Shown here: piece by piece, positions 11,631-24,612 of the stretch
Layout: every line of letters starts with the position of its first letter
How positions within the stretch are numbered: position 1 is the stretch's first letter
DNA from: Lama glama
Taxonomy: Eukaryota
Direction: 5' to 3'
Length of the DNA stretch: 64,000 nucleotides
NCBI GenBank assembly: GCA_028534125.1
Contig: CM052817.1
Coordinates: forward strand, 54,748,001-54,812,000
Notes under the pieces: model-generated
Database searches by the model: none
What the model was told of the DNA's origin: nothing
What the model saw: only the letters and a program-made list of their open reading frames with translations
Program-made: the position numbers and the translations under genes

Positions 11631-12257
11631 TAGTTGATCCTCATTTCTGGTCTGTATTTGTGAATTTTCCTAGCAGTAAATTTATTTATAACCCTGAAAT
11701 TACAATTCATGGTTCTTTCATAGTCATTCAGGGACATGCACATGTACGGAAGAGCAAAAAATTGAGGCACCCAGTGCAAACAATCCCATCTGAAGTCAAG
11801 GAGACTTCAGTCTTTTGATTTCTGCTCTAATACTGCAAACAAGTGTCCTTTTCACAGTCAATTTAATGGCATGTTTTTCACACTTTTGTGCTTTTTGTTG
11901 ATGATTTTTCTGTTTAAAATAATTCCCAAACATAGTACTGAACTGCTGTCTATTTTTCCTAAGTGTAAGAAGGCTATGATATGCCTTAATAGAAAATACA
12001 TGTATTAGATAAGCTTTATGCAGGGATGAATTATAGTGCTGTTGCTGTAAGTTCAATGTTAATAAATCAACAATACACATTAAATATGGTGTCTTGAAAA
12101 CAAAGTTGTACATTGATTGAGTAGTGGAAACGTTGTGATCTGAGGCTCACAGGAAACTAACTCTGTCTTTCCTTTAAGCATAATGATTCAATGTTTCCTA
12201 GTTCTGCATTTGTAGTGACTTTAAAAAATAAATACTGTGAATAGCAAGAATTGTTTG
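11631..12257 (+). mobile_element. MER82 (TcMar-Tigger) non-autonomous DNA transposon, near full length
   Basis: Starts 'tagttgatcctcatt', internal 'aaacaagtgtccttttc', 'aagaaggctatgatatgcctta', 'agttcaatgttaataaatcaacaata', ends 'gtgaatagcaagaattgtttg-ta' (degenerate TIRs). Confidence 0.88.
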
Positions 12258-12334
12258 TACTTGTGGAATAGAAGGATTAGCCATCTCTGAGACGATATCC
12301 AGAGAATGAGCAATCTTCAGTAATGAGAAACGAT

Positions 12335-13060
12335 GCTGATAAATCTCACAAACATAATGTTAGACAAAAGAAACTAGACACAAAATAAACACATTCAGTG
12401 TGAATCCATTTATATAACGTTCAAAACCATGGAACACTCCATGGTGGTGGTAGAAGTCGGGATAGTGATGACCACTGTGGAGGGCATGTGGCCAGAGGGC
12501 ACAAATAGTGCTTTTTGGATATGGTAGCATTCTAATGTTAATCTGCTGCTTGGTATATGGACCTGTTCAGTTTTGGAAAATTCATTGAAATGCACAATCA
12601 TGATTTGTGTCCTTTACACTGTGTATATTAAACATAAATTTTAAAAGTTGAAAAAATTGAATATGATGCCAAAGTGAAAAGGAGTGAACTGGAGCTGCAT
12701 ATATCAATATAAATGAATTTCACGAACAAAATATTAAGCCAGTAAAGAAAAGTGATTACTATGTGTGATACCATCTGTATACATTTTTAAATGCTGTATT
12801 TTAGTTGAAGATAAATATGTAGAAGTTAAAATTATGAAAGAATGTGTGTAAATGTTATGAAACATGAAATTTAGGAGAGTAGATCATTTTGGGAGGAGAA
12901 GAAGAAATTAAGCAAAAGTATTTAGAAGCTTTCAATTATATTATGATGTGACACTTTATTTCTTAAGGTGAATGGTAGGTTCATAGATGATCTATTTTTC
13001 CAGCCATATCTTGCAATCATTTCAGATGAAATGTTTCATTATATTAAAAAGGTACAGTTT
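12335..13060 (+). mobile_element. Old L1 (L1MC/L1ME-type) 3' ends, two pieces
   Basis: 'gataaatctcacaaacataatgtt...aaaagaaactagacacaaaa', 'gaaaattcattgaa', 'atgaatttcacgaacaaaatattaag'. Confidence 0.7.
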
Positions 13061-15959
13061 AAATAAATCTTATAGAATATTCTTGATTATTTCAACAAAT
13101 GTAGGCTGTTCAAATATATGAAAACATAGTATTTAAAAGAAAGTTTTTATTTCTATATGATACTAAGGGATGACATTTAAATTAGGAGTTAGATACAGTT
13201 CCAAATTTTCAAAAAAAACACAACTTTTAAAATTCAGCTTTGCCAAAAAAGTGAGTGAATGCTCAGGTAGCAGTGGTTGGTCACCTCAAAGAATTTCAGC
13301 CATACAAAGCATATAATGCCACTTAGAGGGCATTTAGTCATCATATGACTATTAATAGAATCTTGAAATTTTGTGGTACAGCACAAAACAACTTGCCAGA
13401 TATTCTTTAAATTTAAAGATTTTTCCCTAGTCTGTTTCAATCTCAGTGTCTGCATTGGTAAAACTGATACAGAGAAACATTTACCCCACGAACAGGTACG
13501 GAAGATTAACTAACAAAGAACAAAAAAGGCTGGAGTTTAAAAATGCCACATGAGTTCTAAAGAATGATTTCAAATGTTGGTCAACTATAGGAATTTCTGA
13601 TATTTGTTCAACATTGTGTAATTATACGATTTGATATAATACTAAGAGAAATTGTTTGTTTGCTTTTGTATTTATTTTTTGCTATTGTTCCTGTCATTAG
13701 CAAATGCCAGATTAAACAAGAAACTAGCTCTTAATTCATGGTGGGAATGAAGAGTTCAACTTTTCCTGCAGAGTTTAGATGAAATCCACTCCCTTCTGAC
13801 AATGGGAAAAAAGGGTTAGAAGGATTCCTTTTTCCTCCCCAATCTCCTTTTAGAAAACTGACCACTGCCTTAGGAAGGATGCTAGACTAAATGGATCATT
13901 AATATGATTCAGAATGGCAAATCCTTTGCTTTTATGCTCAGATAAACTGACATTCTTTGAAATATGACCTTTAGCCTGGTCTTCTTGAGGGCATGCAGTC
14001 ATCTGTAGACAGACTCGGGATGAGAACAACTCCTATTCATCATCTTGCCAATTATCGCTTCTTTTGGTGGTTGAGCGAGTTACTCATCATGCAGTGCTCT
14101 GCCCCTTCCAACTACTTAATACTACATACAGATTTTTGTAACAGTATAGAAGCCACTCACAAAGAAAAGTAAAAATGATATTTTGTGAAGAATCTGCAAA
14201 TAAAGTAAAAGAGTTTTAAAATTTTTTTCTTGGCCTAATATGCTTTATGTTTCCCATTAGCTTTTGGCTATTCAAATGTTACACAAAACAACAGGCTAAA
14301 TAAGACAGATTTTCAAGGAGCCGAGCTGTAAATTTTTTGACATGTTATTTGATGAAGGTAAATAGTGTCATTTTCTGCTTTATTAACTTCATGTGATATG
14401 CACTCTGATCTTAAAAAATTTATTGTATTTGGAAGAGAGAGGAGATAGCTTATTCAGAATCCCCTCTATCCATAATTTATTAGGCTTCCTACCACTGCTA
14501 TGCATCTCAAACTCTGATCTGTTTATATTATCTAGCGTTTGGCTAATGGGATACATTTTCGTTTTTCTTTATCTACAAATATTACACAATAAGACTAAGA
14601 AATGTCTTATTGAAGGGCAATGGTATTTATGAATCATCAAACAGGTAAATCACTTTTCGTTCTTTTTTGTTTTTGTTTTTTGGAAACAGTCCATTTCTAC
14701 TTGAAAGATTGTCATCCTAGTTCTGTCACATTTTTCCTTCTTATTGTGATTTCCATCATTTCTGAGCATCTCGTCAAAATTTGACCTTGACATTGTTAAT
14801 CCTGGCTGTACTTTGCTGTTACTTTATCTCCATTCCCTCCCAAATAGCCTCAGTAAGTAGATCGTGATTAACTAGGGAACAGAGTAAGTTTCAGTTTATA
14901 TTTGTTTGAGCGTAAGCATTTGATGTGCCTCTTAAGTCCCTAGAAATTATTTAACAGGACACCCAATAATACTAGTGAAAATGTGTAGCATTTTTCCTTA
15001 ATGCCCAGTATATTTTTTCAATAAGGAGGGATAATTTCTCTAGATCAGTTGTCCTTTATTATCTTCTACAGAAACACACTTGAAAGTTGCTCTCATAACC
15101 AATGTGATCCTATGAATTTATGCTGGAGGACTTTCTATCCCCCATGTGAGTTCACTCTTTTCCACTTGTTCAGAAATGCTCAACTAAATGGCACTAAACT
15201 ACTATTGTAGGAATAACTACAACAGACTTTATTTAAACATTTTTTAGCAGAGTAAATTATTTGAGAAAAGTGTTGTTTTAAATATTATCAGCAACAAATC
15301 GTTCACTATGCCTCCCTCTCACCAGCGTGGCATATCAGTATATTAACTATGGTTGAGAAGTGCTGCTCTAGATGAGATCTAAGACTTTGGGCCTGAACTT
15401 GCTACTGAAAACTCAGAGGTTGGTAAATGACTATCTTTGTATTCCTCATTGATAGAATAAGCTCTTATGAAGTTGGTAAAGATTCATGTTAGAGAGATGG
15501 GTAAATAGCCATTTTCTAGACTTCTTGGTGACACCAGTAAAGAAATGAAAGCATATTGATACTTATTTTGCTCTTGTTTTTGTTTATACTAAGACTGTCA
15601 ACACTCAGAATGAAAGAATAAGGATCTCAACAACCTGGAGGAGTCTAAGGATGGAATAGGCTTGATTACAACAAACAAACAAAAGCAAAAAAAAAAAATT
15701 CAGGTTTCCTCATTATCATGAAATCCTGATTGCTAGAGGAATTATCTGCCTGAAATGATACCTCAGGCAAAGTATGCTTTTAAGTACTTAGTAAATTACT
15801 AGTTGCTGTGTTTGATTAAAATTCTTTAACATTCTCCACTATGTCATTTAACAGCAGATTTGGAATCAAAAGCCATTTAAAGCAGATATTTGCATTCTGT
15901 TAGATGCACAAAACAAATGTGAGCCAGAGAGACAGCAAATCTAAAAAGAAGAGAAGGGA

Positions 15960-16105
15960 TTCTTACTAACAGGTTTCAGGGATTTCATAAGCCCTGAAAA
16001 TCAGTGCAAAATCATATATCTATGCACATTTTTCACTAGGAAAGAGTAACCTTTATTGGTTTCTTAAATGGGGTTCATGATCTGTTTAAAAACTAAGGAC
16101 CAAAC
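15960..16105. mobile_element. hAT-Charlie (MER103-like) remnant
   Basis: 'atgcacatttttcactagga...ggtttcttaaatggggttcatga'. Confidence 0.4.
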
Positions 16106-16350
16106 ATCACTTTAGTATTAATGTTTTATAAGAGACTGAGAGCAATAATTTTGGTAGGCTGGGGAATGCAAAGGACGTAGGTTGCCAAGTTAGATCATTT
16201 TCTGCCATTCTGACTAAGTTCACCGCAATAGTATTTCCTCTTTACTGGAAGGAAGTTGGACACAACATGCATAATATCAAAGAAAAAAATAATTCTAGGG
16301 CTAATCGTCTTGTGAGTATTGTTCTGTTGCTTCTCTCCATTAAATTTATA

Positions 16351-16530
16351 TAAGGATTGGTAAACTATGGCCTGTGGACCAAGTGTGGCCTACAATCTGT
16401 TTTTGTACTGTCTTCCAGCCAAGAAGCTTTTACATTTTTAAAGAGTTTGCAACAGAAACCATATGTGGCCTGTAAAGCTTAAAATACATACTATTTAGCA
16501 CTTTATAGAAAAAGATCGCCATTGCTGCTC
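16351..16530 (+). mobile_element. MER58-type hAT-Charlie element
   Basis: 'ggtaaactatggcctgtggaccaa', 'gcaacagaaaccatatgtggcctgtaaagcttaaaata', 'ctttatagaaaaag'. Confidence 0.8.
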
Positions 16531-16569
16531 TGGGATTTAGACAACTCATTAAGCCTTTTGGATGGTATC

Positions 16570-16955
16570 TTAAGTTTATTGAAGGCTACTAACTACCTAA
16601 TTATTGTCTTGGAGTTGGTAATAATATATCAGTGAGCAAAAATGATCCAAATTACTTGCTTTCATGAATCTCACATCTATTTAGAAGGCACAAAAATAAA
16701 AGTAGTAAGTGAATAAATTGGATAAATTATATAGTATGTTAGAAAGTAAATAAAAGATGTGAAGAAAAACAGAGCAAGGTATGGAAATTTGGGAGCAGCA
16801 GGTGAGATATGCTCTTGAACAAAGTGGTTAGAGTTGACCACACTGAGGAGGCAATGTTGCTGTCGACTTGAAGGAGATAAGGTAGTGAGGCCTTGGGCTC
16901 TCTGGAGGAAGGGTGCAGCAAATAGCGAGTGCAAAGGCCCTGTAGTGGGACCTCG
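16570..16955 (-). mobile_element. L2a 3' fragment
   Basis: 'tttattgaaggctacta', 'ttcatgaatctcacatcta', 'agtgcaaaggccctgtagtggga'. Confidence 0.75.
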
Positions 16956-17395
16956 TGGTCAAGGCGGAGAACAATTAAGAATTGACTTTGTATTCTGATA
17001 AGTCATGTTTTAACTCTCTGTTAGGCATACTTTGTCTTAAACAAGTCTACCTTAAATTTTGTAACATGTAAATCTATCTTTATGTTATTAAAATTCACCC
17101 AAGCTTAATGAAACATCTGAATTTCTGATATAAAATGTTACCCACAAGTATTCTGATATGGTAATTCTGCTGAGCTGCACAGTTCCTAAAGGGATATCAG
17201 TATGAGAAGGCATAGATGAGAATTTTAAACATCATTAATTCTTGTGTTTAGGGTAGCACAATATGAAATAAATAAATGTAACTTCTGCAGAATACCTACT
17301 TGCATATATATGATTAAACACACAAAAAAGATTTTTATTTGTCTTAGGAATCAATTGAATAATTTGCTGAGAATTTAAATGGATGTCTTTTAATT

Positions 17396-17610
17396 CTGCA
17401 CTGTCCACTTCAGTAACAGACACATATGACCATTTAAATTTAAATCAAAGTTAGTTAAAATTAAGTAAAGCTGAATATTTAGTTTCTTAAGTGTTTTAGC
17501 CACATTTCAACATGTGCTTGATAGTTACATATTGGCTAGTGGTTACTGTAATGGACAGTCAATTATAGAACATTTCCAACATCACAGAGTGTTCTATTGG
17601 AGAATGCTGC
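17396..17610. mobile_element. MER3/MER33-type hAT-Charlie element
   Basis: 'gcactgtcca', 'tagccacatttcaa', 'ggctagtggttactgtaatggacag', 'gaacatttccaacatcacagagtgttctattgga'. Confidence 0.8.
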
Positions 17611-19037
17611 TCTAACAGAAATACTGAATATGAGTACATTCATAGAACTTTAATGAAGAATTGAGACAGTGAACTTATAAAAACGAAGATGTTCCTGAAG
17701 ATAATTGTCCACCTAAGGGAATAATATATGGGGGAGAAGTGGTCAATCAACTATTTAATACTAGGTAATGCTTTAGATATAGTAAGCCTCTATCAATGAA
17801 TGAATGATGTCTACATGAGAAACAATTTTGCAGTATCACCAAATTACTCCAATAATTTTCTTGAAAGCTACCCTAGCATTATCATCTTTTCCTAGAAAAA
17901 CATCACTTTCAATTCAGTAATTTTAAGTAAATTAAGTATTGCTATTAGAACTGACTTGTTGACTCTAACCTCTTTTGACTCTGCAGCCTGCATCTTTCTA
18001 ACTAGGGAGTTTCTAGATATTTACATATGCTATTTGCATATGAAGTAGGTAGAAATTACTTTTCTTATAAAATTCTAGCCAGAATACATGTAAAAAATAT
18101 CTAATACTTACCTGAAGATGTAAATTTAATCACCCATCCCTTGAATTCGAATGTTCAGTGCTCTAAGACAGCCCTGTGATTCCCTTAATTAAGAGAGGAT
18201 AATTTTCTAGCACCATAATTGAGGCCAGCACTGGAGCAGGAAGTCATTTTGGCTCTGGATTAAAGAAATATTAAATGCTTGCCCCCTGGGGATTCAAAGG
18301 ACAAGTAGAAAAAAGATAAACTTCAAAGTACCATCTCATAGATTGTGATGGTCTTTGAAGAAACCTAGACATAAGAATAATGGCTTCACCCTAGACATTC
18401 CAAAGTTCTTCAGCTACTGAAAAATTTAAGATGAATAAGGTAAATATGATGAGATAAGTTTTTCATATAAGGAGCAATTAAATGTCAAAGCCCTGAGATT
18501 CATATATGAGACTGGTTGTGACTGGTGGCAAGTTGTAATAGAGACCACAAAATAAAGTTGATAAACTGAAGCTGAAGAGAACCCTGTTTTTCCAAAGGGA
18601 ACTAACAAACATGGACTAAAGATCTTGAAGTTAACATTTTCCTAATTTTCTTTTTTAGATTCATGGGAGAAATATAAAAAACTTGACATATTTAGGTATG
18701 AAGTCTAGGGAATGATATAATGCTTCTAAAGGAACTTTAATATACACATATAATAGCATTTATAAACTAGGACATACCACACTGTGGTTCACATTCAGAC
18801 CATTACTCAGTGTACTGGGAAACATGGCCATATACTGGCTGACAAATGTTCAGAGCTCTGATGACTAGATGTGGGAAAAATATTTTCATATTAAAATGTA
18901 TATTTGGTAAATAGAAATACTAACAATGATATTATAGGTAACCTGTCATAAGCTTCATACAATGAGTACTTATTGATTTTATAAACAGAAGAGAGTACAG
19001 AACTGAAAATACAATTGAAAGCTCTGACTCATCTTTC

Positions 19038-19980
19038 TTTTATTCTTTCTTTCTTTCCTTCCTTCTTTCTCTTTCTTGCTTTCTTATTAAAGTATAGTCA
19101 ATTTACAATGTTGTGTTAATTTCTGATGTACAGCATAATGTTTCAGTCATACATATACATACATGTATTTGTTTTCACATTCTTTTTCATTATAGGTTAC
19201 TACAAGATATTGAATATAGTTCCCTATGCTAGACAGAAGATACTTGTTTATCTACTTTATGTGTAGTAGTTAGTATCTGCAAATCTCAGACTCCCAATTT
19301 ATCCCTTTCCACCCTCTTTCCTACCTAGTAACCATAAGTTTGCTTTCTATGTCTATGAGTCTATTTCTGTTTTATAAATAAGTTCATTTGTGTCTTTCTC
19401 TTTCTGGCTTACTTCACTTAGAATGACGATCCCCAGGTCCATCCATGTTTCTGCAAATAGAACTATTTCTTCTTTTTTATTGCTGAGTAGTATTCGATTG
19501 TATAAATATACCACAACTTTTGTACCCACTCATCTGTTGATGGACACTTAGGTTGTTTCCATGTCTTGGCTATGGTAAACAGTGCTGCTCTGAACGTTGG
19601 GGTGCATGTATCTTTTTCAATTAGAGTTTCCTCTGGATATATGCCCAGGAGTGGGATTGCTGGATCATACAGTAAGTCTGTTTTTAGTTTTTTGAGGACT
19701 CTCCATACTGTTTTCCATAATGGCTGTACCAAACTACATTCCCACCAACAGTGTAGGAGGTCTCCCTTTTCTCCACAGCTTCTCCAGCATTTATTGCTTG
19801 TGGACTTCTTAATGATGGCTATTCTGACTGATGTGAGGTGATACCTCATTGTAGTTTTGATTTGCATTTCTCTGCCAATTAGTGATATAGGGCATTTTTT
19901 TCATGTGCCTATTGGCCATTGATATGTCTTCATTGGAAAATTACTTGTTTAGTTCTTCTGTCCTTTTTTGGATTGGGTTG
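19038..19980 (-). mobile_element. 5'-truncated L1 (ORF2 C-terminus and 3' UTR) with target-site duplication; tail decayed to a CTTT/CCTT repeat
   Basis: ORF 19463-19867 ([12 protein letters not shown]...[29 protein letters not shown]) is the L1 ORF2 C-terminal Cys-rich region; TSD tctgactcatctttc (19023-19037) / tctaactcattttc (19981-19994). Confidence 0.95.
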
Positions 19981-22919
19981 TCTAACTCATTTTCTAATGT
20001 AATTTTTTCATCTTACCTTAATAGAAATACTGAAAAAATGACAAAGGGCACAGAACTTGAACATTAGGTTATAACCATGATAGGAAAATTGACATTGCTA
20101 TATAATTGAACATACATTTCAAGTTATATCTGAAATGTTATTTTATTAATATGTCCAATCTTCCTAAATGAGAAGTAATCTTTGAAACATAAACCACCAA
20201 ATTTCCAGCAAAAGATGAAAATGAAACAAAAGAAAGGATACAAAATATTTTAGGTAATGAATATTTTCTTCCCAACCTCACTCTCATCCTTTAGTTGGTC
20301 AGTAAAATGCTGCTAGAGGAAATGCAATTCCTGATACTTCACTGAAATGGGCTACATTTATGCCCTGATTCTCAAATGGTGGGGCAAGAGGACAAGCAGA
20401 CAGTCAGAATAAATTATAAAAACACACACAACAACAACTAACACCTAGGCAGCCTTGCGCCCTGTAGATTTAAGATGAAATTGTTACAAAATGCTTGTGT
20501 TGCACTATAGAAAATGGTGGGAGAAAACATAGTCTTAATTTAGGTCGCATGATCATTTTCTGTTAAATATTTAGAAGTCCTGCTTTCTTCCACAGCACAA
20601 TAATTACTCAGCAGAGCGTAATAATTTTATAGTCAATTGATTCTACCAAATAGGCATATTTATGAAAGCTGATTTATCCTTCATACATGCAATACTACTT
20701 GAAGTGTGGCTTTACCTCCAACCAAACCTGCAGCCAGTAAAACTGTCAGGATGCTTTGCTTCGGCCCCAAAGCAAAATAATAAAAATTCAAGCAATCCTT
20801 TTGAAATGAAGGTACTGCACTTAGCTTTTTCCTAAAGCAAGGTGCACTGCAAAGAGGAAGGCAAAGAAAGCAATGTGGTATCTGTGGAAAAGCTCCATAA
20901 AAGTTTTATGGCTTTAGCTCATGCCCTGATTCTTGCTGTGGTGAGCAAGTACATTTTTCATTAGCCTATCCCACAAAGCAATGAGATGGTCTACATTTAA
21001 GTAATGACCTTCTTCATATAAACTCCAACTTGTTTTCCTTGTGCTTCAATAACCAATAATTATTTATGAAGGTTTGCAGAATTACCCAAGATAGTACAGG
21101 AACTTGGTCACATTATGACCTTCAGAAGAACTTCTCTGAACATTTTATTTCCAAGTTTCTGTAGAGATACCCCACCTCTGTGCCTTTCTCACACATTTGT
21201 ACAGCTTGCAAGTCTTCATCTTTTCGCAGTGATGTCTTCAGATTGCCATCAGTGACTTTGACACAGCTTCTGTAACACATGTAAATCAGGTGTTTCTCTT
21301 TTAGATGCAAAAAAATTCCAGGCTGATATTCTGAGGTTATTTTAGAACAAGTCACAGAATTAAATAATCGGTAATTTTGTTGAATTTGCTAATGAACTGC
21401 ATGCAGTATATATGTTTTCCTTATTAACTGCTTCATTTTAGCCAATTGCACAAGAAGATAAAGTCTTCTGATTTCACTCAGGCCTAAAGAAAGGGAAATA
21501 TTTATTTAGAATTAATGAGAGCACTGTCTGGTCCCTGATTTGTCTGTTATTCTTTATCTTCAGGGTCTGAGTACGGCCTGATATGGGCCGTACTATAAAA
21601 CAAAATTCCTCTATCTACTGTTGACTTCCAAATGAAAAAAGATGATTAATTCCTTTCATAATACCTGTGCACAGGGGCTCATGTTGGTGGCCTCCAAGCA
21701 CAGTAAACTAACACATTAGGGTAAACAGATGTTTTCTCTATTAACAGTATCAACCGTCTGGCTGCAGGCCAAATTAAATCTAGGGAGTAATTTCAACTGG
21801 TCTGCCTGTTAATGTGAAAACTGACTAATTAAACATTCTCTCCTGCTAATCTTCCCATCCTGCAGATGATATTTCTTCCAGTGTATGAGTCATGCAAGAA
21901 CAGGAAGGAGAGAGATGATTTCAAAGATTTAATTAATTCTTTGTTGTAATTTTATTCAATTACCTGCTTAAAATATAAAATGTACAGCTTTCAAGATGCT
22001 AAGATCTAAACAATAGGATGAGGAGAATTAGAGAAAACCTAGAAATAAATTATTTTTAAATACTGGAATCAGCTGTGGTATCTAATTTAATCTTTATTTA
22101 AAGAACCCCAGTCCCTGAGAGACCATGAAACTAGGTTGCAGACTGCCTACTAAAAATAAAGGAAGAAAACTGACTTTTGCCAAAAATAGCATGACCATCT
22201 CACATATGACTTCTTTTTAGTCATTAAATATTGTTTTTTTCTCAGATATAATTGCCATAGTTCATTTTAGCCTTTCCTTGAATTATTCATGAATTACATA
22301 AACACAATATTAATAGTGACTTTGCATTCCTAATCTAGTCTAAATTGAATCAAAGAAAAATTATAATTGATAATCGTAATATTTTTATAGATGTAAAATC
22401 CTCAAACAAGATTTAGTAAAATTAGTTTCTTTAATTTATTCCTTGGCACTTGTGATAAATACCCAACTTTGCAGAATTTCCTTTTATTCTCATTTGTCAG
22501 TTCTTAGCCTCCAAATCATTTTGTTTCTATTACCAGGTTAGCTATGCACAGTGGGCAATTATAATCTAAGAAGAGACATTCTTATAAATGGAAGGATGAT
22601 TTTTTTAGGGCTAGAAATTATTTAACTGATATTGACCTAACAAAAATGACATCCTCATGTGGCTAATACCTGGTGTAAATATTGCTTGTCCTGTGTTTCA
22701 GAAACCACAAATTGGAGGAATGACTAGAAATTGTGTTTTAATGCTTCTAGCTTCAAGTTTACTTTTAATGGCTTTCTAATTATTCACAATATTTCATTAC
22801 TGAGTCAACTAACAGGAGATGCAGTTCAGACTGCACCAGCAAAGCACATTTCACAGTATGGAGAGAACTTGAAGTGAGTAGATATAAATCCTGAATTAGG
22901 CACTTAGAAATTGCCCATT

Positions 22920-23290
22920 CATTGAACAAATGCATAACCAAACTCCTTAAAAATTCATTACAGTGCTTGTGATTCACCAGGTATTGGATGCAATATTTGA
23001 TAAATCATAATGAAAAAGACTGACATGAGTTTTGACTTCACTGCATGTCTCGTCTAGTGGAAAAAACAGACATAAGCTGGCAACCAACAAGATAAATAGA
23101 ATTAAACATTGAGATCCATGCTATGAAGAAAAGTAGAGTGATGTGACAGAATGTAATAGGACTTAGAGTTTGTAGATAAATTAGTATTGGTGGATCAGAC
23201 AGTGCCTCTCTAAAGAAGGGGCGCTAAACTGAGACTCTGAAACATCTCCATTTGGCAGTCATTTGAAACCTGTAGGAAGTGTGATTAAGA
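22920..23290 (-). mobile_element. L2 fragment, interrupted by the L1 at 23296 and apparently resuming ~24965-25025
   Basis: 'cattcattgaacaaat', 'gtctagtggaaaaaacagacata', 'gcctctctaaagaagg...aaactgagactctgaa'. Confidence 0.65.
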
Positions 23291-23295
23291 AAAAG

Positions 23296-24612
23296 GGATT
23301 CCACATATAACTGATATCATATGGTATTTTTCTTTCTTTCTGGCTTACTTCACTTAGAATAACAATCTCCAGGTCCATCCATGTTGCTGCAAATGGCATT
23401 GTTTTTATCATTTTTATGGCTGAGTAGTATTCCATTGTACAAATATACCACAATTTCTTTATCTAGTCATCTGTCAGTGGACATTTAGGTTGTTTCTATG
23501 TCTTGGCTATTGTATATAGTGGGGTGCATGTATCTTTATGAATTAAGGTTCCTTCTGGGTATATGCCCAGGTGCATGTATCTTTTTGAATTAAGGTTCCT
23601 TCTGGGTATATGCCCAGGGATTGATATGATAAGTCTATTTTTAGTCTTTTGAGGAATCTCCATATTGTTTTCTATGATGGCTGTACCAAACTCATTCCCA
23701 CCAACAGTGTAGGAGGGCTCCTTTTCTCTATAGCCTCTTCAGCATGTATTGTTTGTGCACTTTTTAATATGGCCATTCTAACTGATGCGAGGTGATACCT
23801 CATTGTAGTTTTGATTTGCACTTCTCTGATAATTAGCAATATTGAACATTTTTTTCATGTGCCTATTGGCCATTTGTATGTCTTCATTGGAGAATTGTCT
23901 GTTTAAGTCTTTTGCCCATTTTTGGATTGGGTTGTTTGTTTTTTGTTAGTAAATTGTATGATCTGTCTATATATTCTGGAAATTAAGCCCTTGTCAGTCC
24001 CATCTTTTGCAGATATCTTCTCCCACTCTGTAGGTTGTCTTTTTGTTTTGCTTATGGTTTCCTTTGCTGTGCAAAAGCTTATAAGCTTAATTAGGTCCCA
24101 TTTGTTTATTTTTGCTTTTATTTCTGTTGCCTGGGTAGACTGCCCTAGGAGAACATTGCTGAGATTTACATTAGATAATGTTTTGCTTACATTTTCTTCT
24201 AAGAGGTTTATTGTGTCTTGCCTTAGGTTTAAGTCTTTAAACGATTTTGTTTACTTTTGTCTATGGTGTGAGGGAGTATTCTAACTTCATTGATTTACAT
24301 GCAGCTGTCCAGTTTTCCCAACACCATTTGCTGAAGAGACTGTCTTTACTCCTTTGTATGTTCTTGCCTCCTTTGTCAAAGATTAATTGACCAAATGTTT
24401 GTGGGTTTATTTCTGGGCTCTCTATTCTGTTCCTTTGTCTGTTTTTGTACCAATATGATGCTGTTTAGATTACTGTAGCTCTGCTGTATTGTCTGAAGTC
24501 TGGAAGGGTTATTTCTCCAGCTTCATTCTTTTTCTTCAGTATTCCTTTGGCAATTCTGGGTCTTTTGTGATTCCATATAAATTTTAGGATTACTTGTTCT
24601 AGTTCTGTAAAA
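23296..24612 (-). mobile_element. Inverted 5' part of a twin-primed L1 (ORF2 3' half)
   Basis: ORF 23259-23453 (MWYICTMEYYSAIK..FAATWMDLE.VILSEVSQKE) is the L1 ORF2 end; antisense L1 continues to ~24612. Confidence 0.93.
23523..23616. repeat. 47-bp tandem duplication within L1
   Basis: ggtgcatgtatcttt(a/t)tgaattaaggttccttctgggtatatgccca twice, 1 mismatch. Confidence 0.95.

Noticed and set aside
11796..12113. 105-aa ORF as a transposase
   Set aside because: Antisense reading of the non-autonomous MER82; no DDE domain.
18104..18114. U1 snRNA 5' end (ATACTTACCTG)
   Set aside because: Similarity stops after 11 nt; it is simply the complement of a consensus splice donor.
23922..24284. Hydrophobic 'membrane protein' ORFs (also 61914-62291, 19566-19841)
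   Set aside because: Antisense translations of A-rich L1 ORF2.
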